Positions 19,074 through 27,696 of a DNA stretch of 64,000 nucleotides are shown here, piece after piece; position 1 is the first letter of the stretch; every line of letters starts with the position of its first letter. Below the pieces are notes generated by a model. That model was not told the origin of the DNA and searched no databases. It saw nothing but the letters and a program-made list of their open reading frames with translations. Both the position numbers and the translations under genes were made by a program. The stretch lies in contig JAJRTE010000237.1 of NCBI GenBank assembly GCA_024278455.1, positions 2,955 to 66,954 of the forward strand, read 5' to 3'. The DNA comes from Myxococcota bacterium. GTDB taxonomy: Bacteria > Myxococcota_A > UBA796 > JAJRTE01.

Positions 19074-22000
19074 CTACTGTCGAACGCGCGTTTCGCTGTC
19101 GGCAAAAAAGCCGTCGAAGAGCATTTCAGCAGGCTTTCGAATCTCCGGGGCCACCGCCGCGAGGGTTTCTCGCGACCGCAGGTGAGCAGCCAACAACGCC
19201 TCGCGAAGCGGTACCCAACGCTCTCTCAGCCCAACGCTCTCGAGCAGCTTCCGGGCATCGTCTGCATGACGCTTTTGCACTGCGAAGGTGAAGAACTGGA
19301 GGACATTCGGCCAGGCGGCCTCCAGTTCTCCAGGCGTACATTTCTTCAGGAAACGGCGTGCGTGATAGGAGGCGTCCTCCCACGCATCCTGCCGGACGAA
19401 GATTGTCGCCAAGAGAAGCGTCGCGTCCAGGTCATCAGGATCGTATGTCACCGCCTTCTGTGCCAACTGCTCCGCCTCGACAAGATCCAGGCTGTGCGAG
19501 TGAATGAGGCGCGCGAGTTCTTTGGCAACTTCCGCGTCCCTCGGATCCAGCACCAGGGCCTGCCTGAGCAGCTTCTCTGCGTCGCGCGCCCTCCCCGTGC
19601 GGTCAAAGAGCAGGGCCAGCGCCAGACGACTCCTTGTGTTCTTGTCGTCGAGCGCCATCGCCCTACGATATGCGGCCTCAGCATCCACATCCAGTCCATC
19701 GTCCTCGAGCTGTTCCCCAAGCATGGTCCATGATTCCGCGTCATCCGGCACCCGCTCGAGCGCCTTGTTGAGTGCCTCCCTCGCCTCTACCGGACGGCCG
19801 TCACGATCCAGCAACCTGGAGAGCACATACCAACTCCCGGAGACATCCCCATCCTCCCTCGCCACCTTGATCGCTTCGCGAACGGCTTGCTCTGCCTCAG
19901 ACAGCTCATCCAGGCGAAAAAGCGCCCCAACGAGGCCGATCCAGCCGTCGATGTCGGAGGGTTCGAGCTGCACAGCCTTCTGAAAGGCCTTCTTGGCCTC
20001 CGAATAGTGCTCCAACTCGTTCCTCAGTTCACCGTAGGCCGTCCAGAAAAAGGCATCCTCGGGCTCGAGTTCCAAGGCTTTCAGCAGGGGAGCCACTGCC
20101 TCCGGAGCCCGGTCCAACTGCTCCAAGACCTCACTCAGGCTCAACCAGGCGAACGCATCCTCCGCTTCGAGCGCTGTGGCCTTGCGAATGGTCGACTCTG
20201 CTTCGGCCAACCGGCCCTGAGCGATCTGCACATCGGTCAGCGCCACCAAGGGGACGCTTCTTGTCGGCGCCAACTGCACGGCCTGGCGCGCCGCTTTTTC
20301 TGCCTCGTCGAGTTCGTCGAGCCGTATGAGGGAGCGAGAGAGGCTTGTCCACACGAAAACATCTTTGGGGGCAATAGCCAACGCCCGACGATAGGAGTCT
20401 ACGGATTCCTTGTACCGTTCCCTGCCCTGCAGGACATCGCCCAACCCCTTCCACGCCTTGACTGAATCCTGGTCAAGCACAATCGCGTGACGATATGATG
20501 CCTCAGCCTCCTCGAGTTGGTCTTGCATGAACTGAGACGATCCGAGATCGACCCACGCCGACGCGCTGTCCGGTTTCAGTTCCACGACTTTTTGATAGGC
20601 TTGTTCCGCCTCCTCGTCCTTGTCTTGAAGAAAAAGCACATCTCCGAGGGCGTTCCAGACGCTGGCGGAATCCGGGGCCAACTCGGTCAGCCGACGATAC
20701 ACGAGCGCTGATTCCTCCCATTTGCCCCAACCGTCCAGCACGTTTGCCAACCTCTCCAACAGGATTCGATCATCTGGGAATGTGTAACTCACAGAGCGGA
20801 TGATGGCAAGGGCCTCCCGCTCCCTTCCTATGGTCATGAGTATGGCGGCGACGAACATCTGGAGGTATGCCAACAAGCGCCTGCGAGTTCCCGTCAGCGC
20901 GCCCATAGTCGAGAAGGGATCGCCCTCGAACCCGAGACGTTCCCAAACTGCCCTGAAAAGCCGTTCGGCTTCCGGATCGCGCGCCATCGCCTGATGGATT
21001 GCTTTCCTGGCACCGCGAAAATCACCTCTGGCAAGAAGCACTATCCCTCGACCACACCATTGGACGGAGGTTTCAGGTTCGTGGCTCAAGCCTTCCTCAA
21101 AGTCGACGTCCGACAACTGAGATGCCACTTCAGCGCTGAACTCAAAGACTCCCTGGCTCACCTGCCGCACAATATCAAACAGATTTCCGTCCACATCATT
21201 GGTGCCAAACGCCTGGTCAGTCCTGAAGAAGACCCGCAACACCCTTCGAGCAAACTCAAGGAACTGCTCGTCCACATCGTTGATGTCGAATTCCCGCGCA
21301 GCCCCGGCGAAGTCCGATCTGAGCAGAAGGACTCCAGCACGGGCCAGTTGCAGACAGACGGTCGCGACGCTGTCGATCTGCGCGGCGTCCTCCTTAGAAG
21401 GCCCGTTGTACCCTTCGACAAGGAACGCACAGAGATTCTTGATGAGCCTGAGGATGAACTCAGGGTCTGCCTTCAGACATTGGTCAAGCTCCACGGAAAG
21501 CTCGAGAAAAGTAGCGGCCTTGGGCAGATTCACGAGGCGAGCGATCAGTTCCAACTCAGGATTCCCATAGGCCGAGGCGGCGGCGCAAGCCCCTTCGAGG
21601 TCCTCCAGGTTCACCATGAAGCCCTCGCCTACCGCTCTGAACGCTTGCTCTGCAACAGGTGCGGTGACAAGTCCCGATAGCGCCGCCTTTGCTTGGCTCA
21701 ACTCAGCTGTGAGTTCAGAGAGGGCTTCAGGCGTCAGCTTATCAAGCTCCGACGCGATCTGCTCCTTCTCCTCCAGGGTTTTTCCCGGGTGCCCACAGAG
21801 CGTCGCTCCGAATTCTTCGGCTGTGGTTGCATTCCACGAGATCGGGGCCGCCACCACCTTTTGATGGATCTCTTTCAAGCGCTGAACACGCTCGGCAAGT
21901 TCGAGCAGTTCGGGCTCTTCGGCTGGATCCAGCAGCTCCTTCATCCGCCGGCGGAGTGGACGGTCTTCGGCCAAGGCCATCACGGCGTCATGCTCGAGGG

Positions 22001-23360
22001 TCCGGCGAAGCCGACGATCCTCCACCGTTTGGGCCAAAGCCAGGCTGTATTCGGCACGGCGCAGCCGGCTCAGGCGGTCACGCCTGAAGGGAGTCTTGAG
22101 CTGCTGAGTTGCCCGATGTCTTAGCTCTTCAGGAGCGCTGACCAGGCGGAGGAACTCTACCAACCAAATGAGCCGCCGACGCATCCTTCGACTGGCTCGC
22201 ATCAGGTACCAAATATTGAAAAAGCGCTCCGAAAGCTGGTAACCGGATTTCTTCAAACGCTTGCGGGTCTCGAGGTCGAAGGCGCGCACACGCTCCACAA
22301 TGCCCAACTTCATCAGCCGGTCGATCTGGGAGGAGACCACACGATTGTCCATACGCAACCTGGCGGCGAGATCTCCGGCGTTTATCGGATGCCAATGAAT
22401 GGCCATAGCATCCACCACCTGCTGAGCTTTGGGGGCGAGGGCCTCAAGCCGAGCTTTGTAGAGCGGGGTCGCTTGGTCCAGGAGGCTCTCGAGGTAGGTG
22501 CGCACATCCCCCTGCTCACCTTGGGCAAGCACGCTGTACAAGAGTACGAGGGTGCGGGGGTTGCCGCCTGAAAGGGTATAAATGGGGCGGATTCGCTCAG
22601 GGGACGTCTCGAGGAGTTTGATCACATAGGGGTTCCGGCTTCGTTCAGCGAGACGCTTCAGGCAGGCCATCATCTCCTCATCCGACAGACCTCCCAACTG
22701 GTGGATCTGGAAGAAATCGTAAAAGGGGGCGTCATATTTCCGGGTCGCTTCCGTCTGAAAGATACTCGATCCGATGATGAGGATGTTCGGCTCTTCGGAC
22801 AGGAGTTCTCGAAGCGCCCACTGGTCGGCTGAGAGACGTTCCAGGATCAAGTGAAAATTGTCGAGCAAGAGAACCAGACCGCGCTTTTCGTTCTGGGCCC
22901 AGGTCAGCAGCAGCTCCAGCGAACGTGTCGCGAGCGTATCCTCCGGCAGTCGAAGCAGCGCCTCTACCGCCTGGTCCAAGGCATGAGCGGCCTCCGGGCG
23001 GCCGTTGGCCTCGAGCGTATCGCCCAAAGAATCCAGGCAGTTGAGCCAGAGGTCCGAGAGCCTCGAGACATTGTACTGTTCCTCGGGAAAGGTGAGGGGC
23101 AGCCAACGTTCTGCGAGTTCAGGGTCATCCTCGATGGAGAAGCAAAGACGCCGCAGGAGCGTGGTCTTGCCCATGCCGCGTTGGCCCACCAGGAGATGAT
23201 GCTGAGGGGCCTGCCCCGGAGCTTCCCGGCGAAGATCCTCCAACAGACGATCATGCAAAGGGATGCGTGCGACGAAATCGTGGATCAGTTCGTCACGACT
23301 GAGCAGTTTTGGGTTGTAGATCGACACCCCCTTGAGGGGCTCTTCCAAAGGATCATGCAT
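19074..23360 (-). CDS. Large STAND-type P-loop ATPase with winged-HTH and TPR array (1428 aa)
   Basis: Walker A GQRGMGKT, Walker B LLLDN, SGGNPR, wHTH segment (INAGDLAARL..VSSQIDRLMKLGIV), more than 10 TPRs (e.g. AWVDLG..EEAEASYRHAI.LD); ATG overlaps the upstream stop by 8 nt. Confidence 0.85.
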   Translation of the reverse strand: MHDPLEEPLKGVSIYNPKLLSRDELIHDFVARIPLHDRLLEDLRREAPGQAPQHHLLVGQRGMGKTTLLRRLCFSIEDDPELAERWLPLTFPEEQYNVSRLSDLWLNCLDSLGDTLEANGRPEAAHALDQAVEALLRLPEDTLATRSLELLLTWAQNEKRGLVLLLDNFHLILERLSADQWALRELLSEEPNILIIGSSIFQTEATRKYDAPFYDFFQIHQLGGLSDEEMMACLKRLAERSRNPYVIKLLETSPERIRPIYTLSGGNPRTLVLLYSVLAQGEQGDVRTYLESLLDQATPLYKARLEALAPKAQQVVDAMAIHWHPINAGDLAARLRMDNRVVSSQIDRLMKLGIVERVRAFDLETRKRLKKSGYQLSERFFNIWYLMRASRRMRRRLIWLVEFLRLVSAPEELRHRATQQLKTPFRRDRLSRLRRAEYSLALAQTVEDRRLRRTLEHDAVMALAEDRPLRRRMKELLDPAEEPELLELAERVQRLKEIHQKVVAAPISWNATTAEEFGATLCGHPGKTLEEKEQIASELDKLTPEALSELTAELSQAKAALSGLVTAPVAEQAFRAVGEGFMVNLEDLEGACAAASAYGNPELELIARLVNLPKAATFLELSVELDQCLKADPEFILRLIKNLCAFLVEGYNGPSKEDAAQIDSVATVCLQLARAGVLLLRSDFAGAAREFDINDVDEQFLEFARRVLRVFFRTDQAFGTNDVDGNLFDIVRQVSQGVFEFSAEVASQLSDVDFEEGLSHEPETSVQWCGRGIVLLARGDFRGARKAIHQAMARDPEAERLFRAVWERLGFEGDPFSTMGALTGTRRRLLAYLQMFVAAILMTIGREREALAIIRSVSYTFPDDRILLERLANVLDGWGKWEESALVYRRLTELAPDSASVWNALGDVLFLQDKDEEAEQAYQKVVELKPDSASAWVDLGSSQFMQDQLEEAEASYRHAIVLDQDSVKAWKGLGDVLQGRERYKESVDSYRRALAIAPKDVFVWTSLSRSLIRLDELDEAEKAARQAVQLAPTRSVPLVALTDVQIAQGRLAEAESTIRKATALEAEDAFAWLSLSEVLEQLDRAPEAVAPLLKALELEPEDAFFWTAYGELRNELEHYSEAKKAFQKAVQLEPSDIDGWIGLVGALFRLDELSEAEQAVREAIKVAREDGDVSGSWYVLSRLLDRDGRPVEAREALNKALERVPDDAESWTMLGEQLEDDGLDVDAEAAYRRAMALDDKNTRSRLALALLFDRTGRARDAEKLLRQALVLDPRDAEVAKELARLIHSHSLDLVEAEQLAQKAVTYDPDDLDATLLLATIFVRQDAWEDASYHARRFLKKCTPGELEAAWPNVLQFFTFAVQKRHADDARKLLESVGLRERWVPLREALLAAHLRSRETLAAVAPEIRKPAEMLFDGFFADSETRVRQ

Positions 23361-24561
23361 CTTCACACCTCAGCCAGTAGGCACGCAGCAAGGGGGAACG
23401 AAATCTGTATACGCCGCCGAGCCGAGTCAAGTATCCATCCATCTCGAGCATTCGCAGCAGGAAGGAGAGTTCCTCTTCTCGAACTTCATGGTCCTGAATG
23501 TAGCGGCCAGGCCTCTCCAGGAGGAGACTCTGCGGCACCCCGGCATCAGAGTGTGCGACTGTGGAGAGCAGATCTCGAGCCCACAACGCCTGGGGACGTT
23601 CGAGTTGCTTGTTGAGACGCTGCCTCCAGTAGTCAAAGTAGGTCGCCGCAGAAGGCTGAAGCAGAGACTCAAACGCCTCATCGACGCGGGCGGAGGTGAT
23701 TGTCGATCTTGATTGTGCGGCGTAGTCCCTGAGCCGGCTGAAAATCAATTGGAGGAAATAGGGTGAGGACCACTCGAGACGTTCGACCACCCTGGCTCGC
23801 GCTTCCGATGGGAAATCCAGATCGTAACTCCTGGCCAGAGCCCTCAAGAATCTATCGGCCGTGTCCGCCCCAAATGGGCCGAGTCCAATCAGGAACAGAT
23901 CATTGATGGTGTCGCCCATGTTGTAGCGAGCCGCGATGGTGTCCAGCCCCACGGAACCCGCCAGGATCCAGCGGAAATTGTCGGCCCCGTCCCAGCCCTG
24001 CCGAATCTCCCGGAACCAGTTGAGGAAATTGCGGGCCCGACTGGCCGTATCATCCTGTCGCAGGAGTTCCATGATGAAAATCGGCAGTTCGTCGATCATG
24101 AATAGCCACCGTCCGGGCAACCGGGACAGGCTCTCCACCAGCGCTAGACCGAGCTGCTGCCACGCACCTCCACCGGTGGCGTGATCGAATTCAAAAGAGA
24201 GGCCGTAGCCCGACATTTTCTTGGGAACGAACCTCTTTACCCATTGCGCCAGATCACTCTCCAACAGCTTTCTCACCTGTGACCGCGCCGCTTCGATCGC
24301 CGAGACTCGTTTGAAGAGGCGTTCCAGGAATTCGATCTCCGTCGTGGCGCTCGAAACCGTAAGCATGGCTGCGCCGAAATCGTGCTTTTCTGCTTGGTCT
24401 TCCAAACGTCTCAAGAGCGAAGTCTTGCCGAGACGACGCGGCGCGAGGAGCAAGATACTATCGGTTTCCAGGTGTCACCAGAGCCGAGTTTGTTCGTCGT
24501 CCCGATTGAAGAAATCCCCGCCAAGGGCAGGTCCTCCGGTTCTGTTTCTTGGGTTGGACAT
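23353..24561 (-). pseudogene. Small STAND-type ATPase with wHTH (402 codons), interrupted by in-frame TGA at codon 29
   Basis: AGGAGGAAAG RBS, ATG 24561; MSNPRNRTGGPALGGDFFNRDDEQTRLW*HLETDSILLLAPRRLGKTS; Walker B FMIDE; TGA at 24477-24475. Confidence 0.8.
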
Positions 24562-24690
24562 CTTTCCTCCTCTTTTCCGGTCTCAATCATCCACGGAGTC
24601 CGGCGAACGACCGGGGTCAATATCAAGCCGAAGCTTCTCCCTCACAAGCAGAGGACGAGGGACGGCCGAGGCGCGGCCGCCAGTAGCCAC

Positions 24691-24770
24691 ACCAAGCAGT
24701 GCGTACTTCATTCTTGCCGTACACCATGATAGCCGTACACCAATTGTGCCGTACACCAATTGTGCCGTAC
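24691..24770. repeat. Five tandem 16-bp repeats, consensus ACCAATTGTGCCGTAC
   Basis: GTAC recurs every 16 nt (24703, 24719, 24735, 24751, 24767); two copies identical, three degenerate. Confidence 0.92.
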
Positions 24771-24787
24771 ATCATTTTTGAAGTCAA
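24759..24787 (-). promoter_or_regulatory. sigma70-type promoter for the ATPase pair; -10 lies inside the tandem repeat
   Basis: Minus strand TTGACT (24787-24782), 17 nt, CACAAT (24764-24759). Confidence 0.55.
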
Positions 24788-24862
24788 GCAGCAACAGGCC
24801 TGGAAAAAAACAAACCCGGCTCCGGCTCTCCGGTCCCACTGGACAAAACTCCTTGAAGGAGA

Positions 24863-24934
24863 TACCGGGCAAGAAGGGCCATTCCGCACGCCGCCGTCTT
24901 GCCTACGCCCTGATACCGACCAGCAACTCCATCG
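24863..24934. repeat. 72-bp imperfect direct repeat, right copy
   Basis: Shares GGCCATTCCGC, GTCTTGCCTAC, CCCTGATACCG and CCAGCAACTCCA blocks with 18981-19052. Confidence 0.9.
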
Positions 24935-25093
24935 CTGGTTGCTGTCTCGACGAGATCAGGCGCTCGAAGCCGAGTTGCTTCAACTCTTGTGTGGCTTGGC
25001 TGGGCAAGGCGTGTGGGATGGGCGTAGGGCAGTGAACGTCAGACCAAATACCGGCTCCACTCGGGACGCCCGGGCCACTCGTCCGGGACGCCA

Positions 25094-25663
25094 TCAAAAC
25101 TCGATCCCGGCACGGGCCATCAACCCGGTATCGAAGTAGTGGCGGACCGGGGTCATCTCGGTGATGAGGTCTGCCCGGTCGAGAATCGACGCTGGCGCCC
25201 GCCTGCCTGTCATCACCAATTCGAACGGCCTTCCCGCGTGCTCGTACCGATTCAGGAGGTCCAGCACCTGTTTTTCCTCGAGCAGGTGGAATGGCACGGC
25301 GGAGAGTATCTCGTCGAGCACGAGCAGTCGATGACGAGGTTTGGCGATCAACTCGCGCGCGATGGCCAGCCCTCGCTGGCCCTCGGCCACATCTTCGGGC
25401 GACATCCCGAAACGAAACTTCCCACCGGGCATCATGCGTTCACACCCGGTGGGAAACAGGTCGAACCCCTCGAGCGTGCGCAAAATCCGTCGTTCGCCGT
25501 AGTGTTCCTCGCCATGGTACCCCTTGTCGAATTGCACCATGGCCACCTTGAACCCGGCACCCAGTGCGCGGATGGCCAACCCGACGGCGCAGGTCGTCTT
25601 TCCCTTTCCATCGCCGGTGTAGACCTGGATCCGCCACCGCGATGAACTCTCGGCTCCGCCCAT
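25094..25663 (-). CDS. btuR: Cob(I)yrinic acid a,c-diamide adenosyltransferase (CobA/CobO/BtuR)
   Basis: IQVYTGDGKGKTT, LLVLDEI, ELVMTGR, RAGIEF. Confidence 0.93.
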   Translation of the reverse strand: MGGAESSSRWRIQVYTGDGKGKTTCAVGLAIRALGAGFKVAMVQFDKGYHGEEHYGERRILRTLEGFDLFPTGCERMMPGGKFRFGMSPEDVAEGQRGLAIARELIAKPRHRLLVLDEILSAVPFHLLEEKQVLDLLNRYEHAGRPFELVMTGRRAPASILDRADLITEMTPVRHYFDTGLMARAGIEF

Positions 25664-25933
25664 CGAGCCCCCTTGCTTCGTCACACCCATACCTCCATGC
25701 TGCGAATCGTCTGCGCCAGGCGCCGAGACCACCACGGGACACCGTGGGGCGCCATCGCGTTCGAGAGGCGTCATCGATCACCCCCTCACACGCTCCGCGA
25801 CGGAATCGGGATCAGGACCCGAGCGTAGCATGTGGCGGGGTACCCACTTGGATCTCTACCACGATCCCGGAAGGAGATCCATTGGATAGAGAGGAGCCCG
25901 GAGCGCACGATGTCCCTCGTGGGAGTGGCCGAA

Positions 25934-25949
25934 TGGCACGATTGCTGCT
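25934..25949 (+). promoter_or_regulatory. sigma54 promoter
   Basis: TGGCACG-ATTG-CTGCT with GG-N10-GC spacing, about 100 nt upstream of ATG 26049. Confidence 0.65.
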
Positions 25950-26048
25950 ACCTTGTTGATATCGGCCGCCGGCAGGAGCAGCCGTCCTCGAGCACGGGCT
26001 CCGGGCGTCATCCTTGGCCGAAAACGGTGGGAAGGATCGGGAAGGGAG

Positions 26049-26888
26049 ATGAACTGTCCGTACTGTCACCACGAACTTCAACCGCTCATCGTTTCCGGCC
26101 GCCACACCGGTTCATTCCAGTGCGAACACTGCACCGGCACGTGGCTGCAATACCAGACGTTCAGCGGCCTGCTGCTGGGAGGAACGTCAGACAGCGTGAC
26201 ACCGGCGTCCCCCGGCGTGCCGGCGCGACCTCCCACCGGAGGCCTGCCACACATCGCTCCCGGGCCCGACCCCCTCCCGCAGGCGAGGAGTGTGCCGGCG
26301 GGCGGACATCCGGGCCCCGGTTCCTCTCGAGCGCGGACACGCCGGAGATTCACCCCGCCATGGAAGAAGAAGCAACGAACGCGGGCGGCGGAAGTCACGT
26401 CGGATTGGGACATCTGCACCTATTGCGGCAGATCGCACCCCGGCAGCGGCCCGACCTGCGTGCACTGCAACGTCGAGCGCATGACCTGCCCGGTCTGTGG
26501 TCGATTCATGGTCGGCGTGCGGAAGCACGGCGTCCTGGTAGACCTGTGCCTCTCCTGCCGGGGACTGTGGTTCGAGAAGGGGAGAATCGAGAAGCTGATC
26601 GAGCGGCTATCGAGCGGCGACTCCCCCCGCCAGCAGCTCGCGGGGGGGAATGGCCGGCCGCCATCGCTGCTGCACCAGCTTGCGGACTTCCTCGAGGACA
26701 CGGAGCCGGCCCGCCACGGGCTGGGAGGACGAGACTCGAGCGTGGTATCGACCCTGACTTCCGCCTTCGGAGCCGGCCTGACGGGCAGCAAGCGCCTCCT
26801 CTACGATGTCCTCGTGCTGCTCGGTGATCTCCAGTCCCCGCCTGGCAAACCGGACTCGACCGGCAACGGTCGGCCCGGGCCGAAGTAG
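26049..26888 (+). CDS. Multi-zinc-ribbon (zf-TFIIB-like) protein
   Basis: Six CxxC pairs (CPYC, CEHC, CTYC, CVHC, CPVC, CLSC); VDLCLSCRGLWFEKG. Confidence 0.8.
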   Translation: MNCPYCHHELQPLIVSGRHTGSFQCEHCTGTWLQYQTFSGLLLGGTSDSVTPASPGVPARPPTGGLPHIAPGPDPLPQARSVPAGGHPGPGSSRARTRRRFTPPWKKKQRTRAAEVTSDWDICTYCGRSHPGSGPTCVHCNVERMTCPVCGRFMVGVRKHGVLVDLCLSCRGLWFEKGRIEKLIERLSSGDSPRQQLAGGNGRPPSLLHQLADFLEDTEPARHGLGGRDSSVVSTLTSAFGAGLTGSKRLLYDVLVLLGDLQSPPGKPDSTGNGRPGPK

Positions 26889-26900
26889 CCTGGGCTCGAG

Positions 26901-27143
26901 TCAGATCCTGTCCTGGTTCTGGCCGTCTATCCCGTCGTAGAAGCTATCCCCACCAGCGGAAGCGTCCGGGTCTTCCTCGATGGGGTAGTGGCGGGCCAAC
27001 GGTCCGGGCATGGCGGCGTCAGGGGGACGATACGAGCGCTTCGTCGCCAGCGGTGACGTGGTCGTTTCCGGATGCTCGTCGCGCGGCTCGCGGATTGTCG
27101 TGATAGAAGAACCTGTCGGAACCTGTTCCTTATGGATCAACAT
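26901..27143 (-). CDS. Small hypothetical protein (80 aa)
   Basis: AAGGGG 8 nt before ATG; fills an otherwise empty gap; no motif. Confidence 0.35.
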   Translation of the reverse strand: MLIHKEQVPTGSSITTIREPRDEHPETTTSPLATKRSYRPPDAAMPGPLARHYPIEEDPDASAGGDSFYDGIDGQNQDRI

Positions 27144-27308
27144 GTCGAGAACCCCTTGTCATGTCGTCGTTGATGGATCTTGTTGCCAACGGGCGAAGAA
27201 AATATAGCTGGCGTGCAAGTAGAGTGCCACAGGAAACGACCCGCCGAACGAAAGAAGGCTCCAACAGTCCCGGCGTGCTCAAATCCCGGTGGAATGGTCA
27301 GCGGGAGA

Positions 27309-27677
27309 TCACGGGCGTGTCTCGGTGTCCACGCCGGGGTAGGCGAGGAAACCCTGCTCGCGAAGACTTCGGACGAACGTGCCCAGACGTTCTTCAGCAG
27401 GCTCGATGCGGTCGCCGAACGTCTCGCGCAAGGTGGAAACGATGTCGCCGACCGTGCGCGTTCCATCCAGTTGCTTCCAGGAAAACGTCCCGATCTCGTC
27501 GAGACGCACCCGCCGGGCGGCGCCGGCGTAGGACAGCCACGATGCGACCCATCGCCAGCCGCGCCCCGAAGGAGGCGGGCGAAGCAGGACCACGTGACCG
27601 TCTTCTTCCTCCCACTCGGCTACGGGAACGGGGGATAGCTCGAGCAGGTTGACATTCTTCAACCGTCGTTTCGGCAT
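27309..27677 (-). CDS. PqqD/RRE-family protein
   Basis: LDEIGTFSWKQLDG.RTVGDIV..L...F....E.A.ERL..F...L pattern. Confidence 0.8.
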   Translation of the reverse strand: MPKRRLKNVNLLELSPVPVAEWEEEDGHVVLLRPPPSGRGWRWVASWLSYAGAARRVRLDEIGTFSWKQLDGTRTVGDIVSTLRETFGDRIEPAEERLGTFVRSLREQGFLAYPGVDTETRP

Positions 27678-27696
27678 GACAGGCTCGCGCGTTGGC

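Noticed and set aside
24440-24480. Selenocysteine recoding of the in-frame TGA
   Set aside because: The position is not a catalytic Cys-type site, no convincing SECIS hairpin follows, and TGA is a normal stop elsewhere in the window
24691-24770. CRISPR array interpretation of the 16-bp repeats
   Set aside because: Units are head-to-tail with no unique spacers, too short, and no cas genes are present
24699-25139. 146-aa plus-strand ORF across the repeats and promoter
   Set aside because: It starts within the tandem repeat, has no RBS or motif, and overlaps the btuR 3' end; a decayed fragment cannot be excluded
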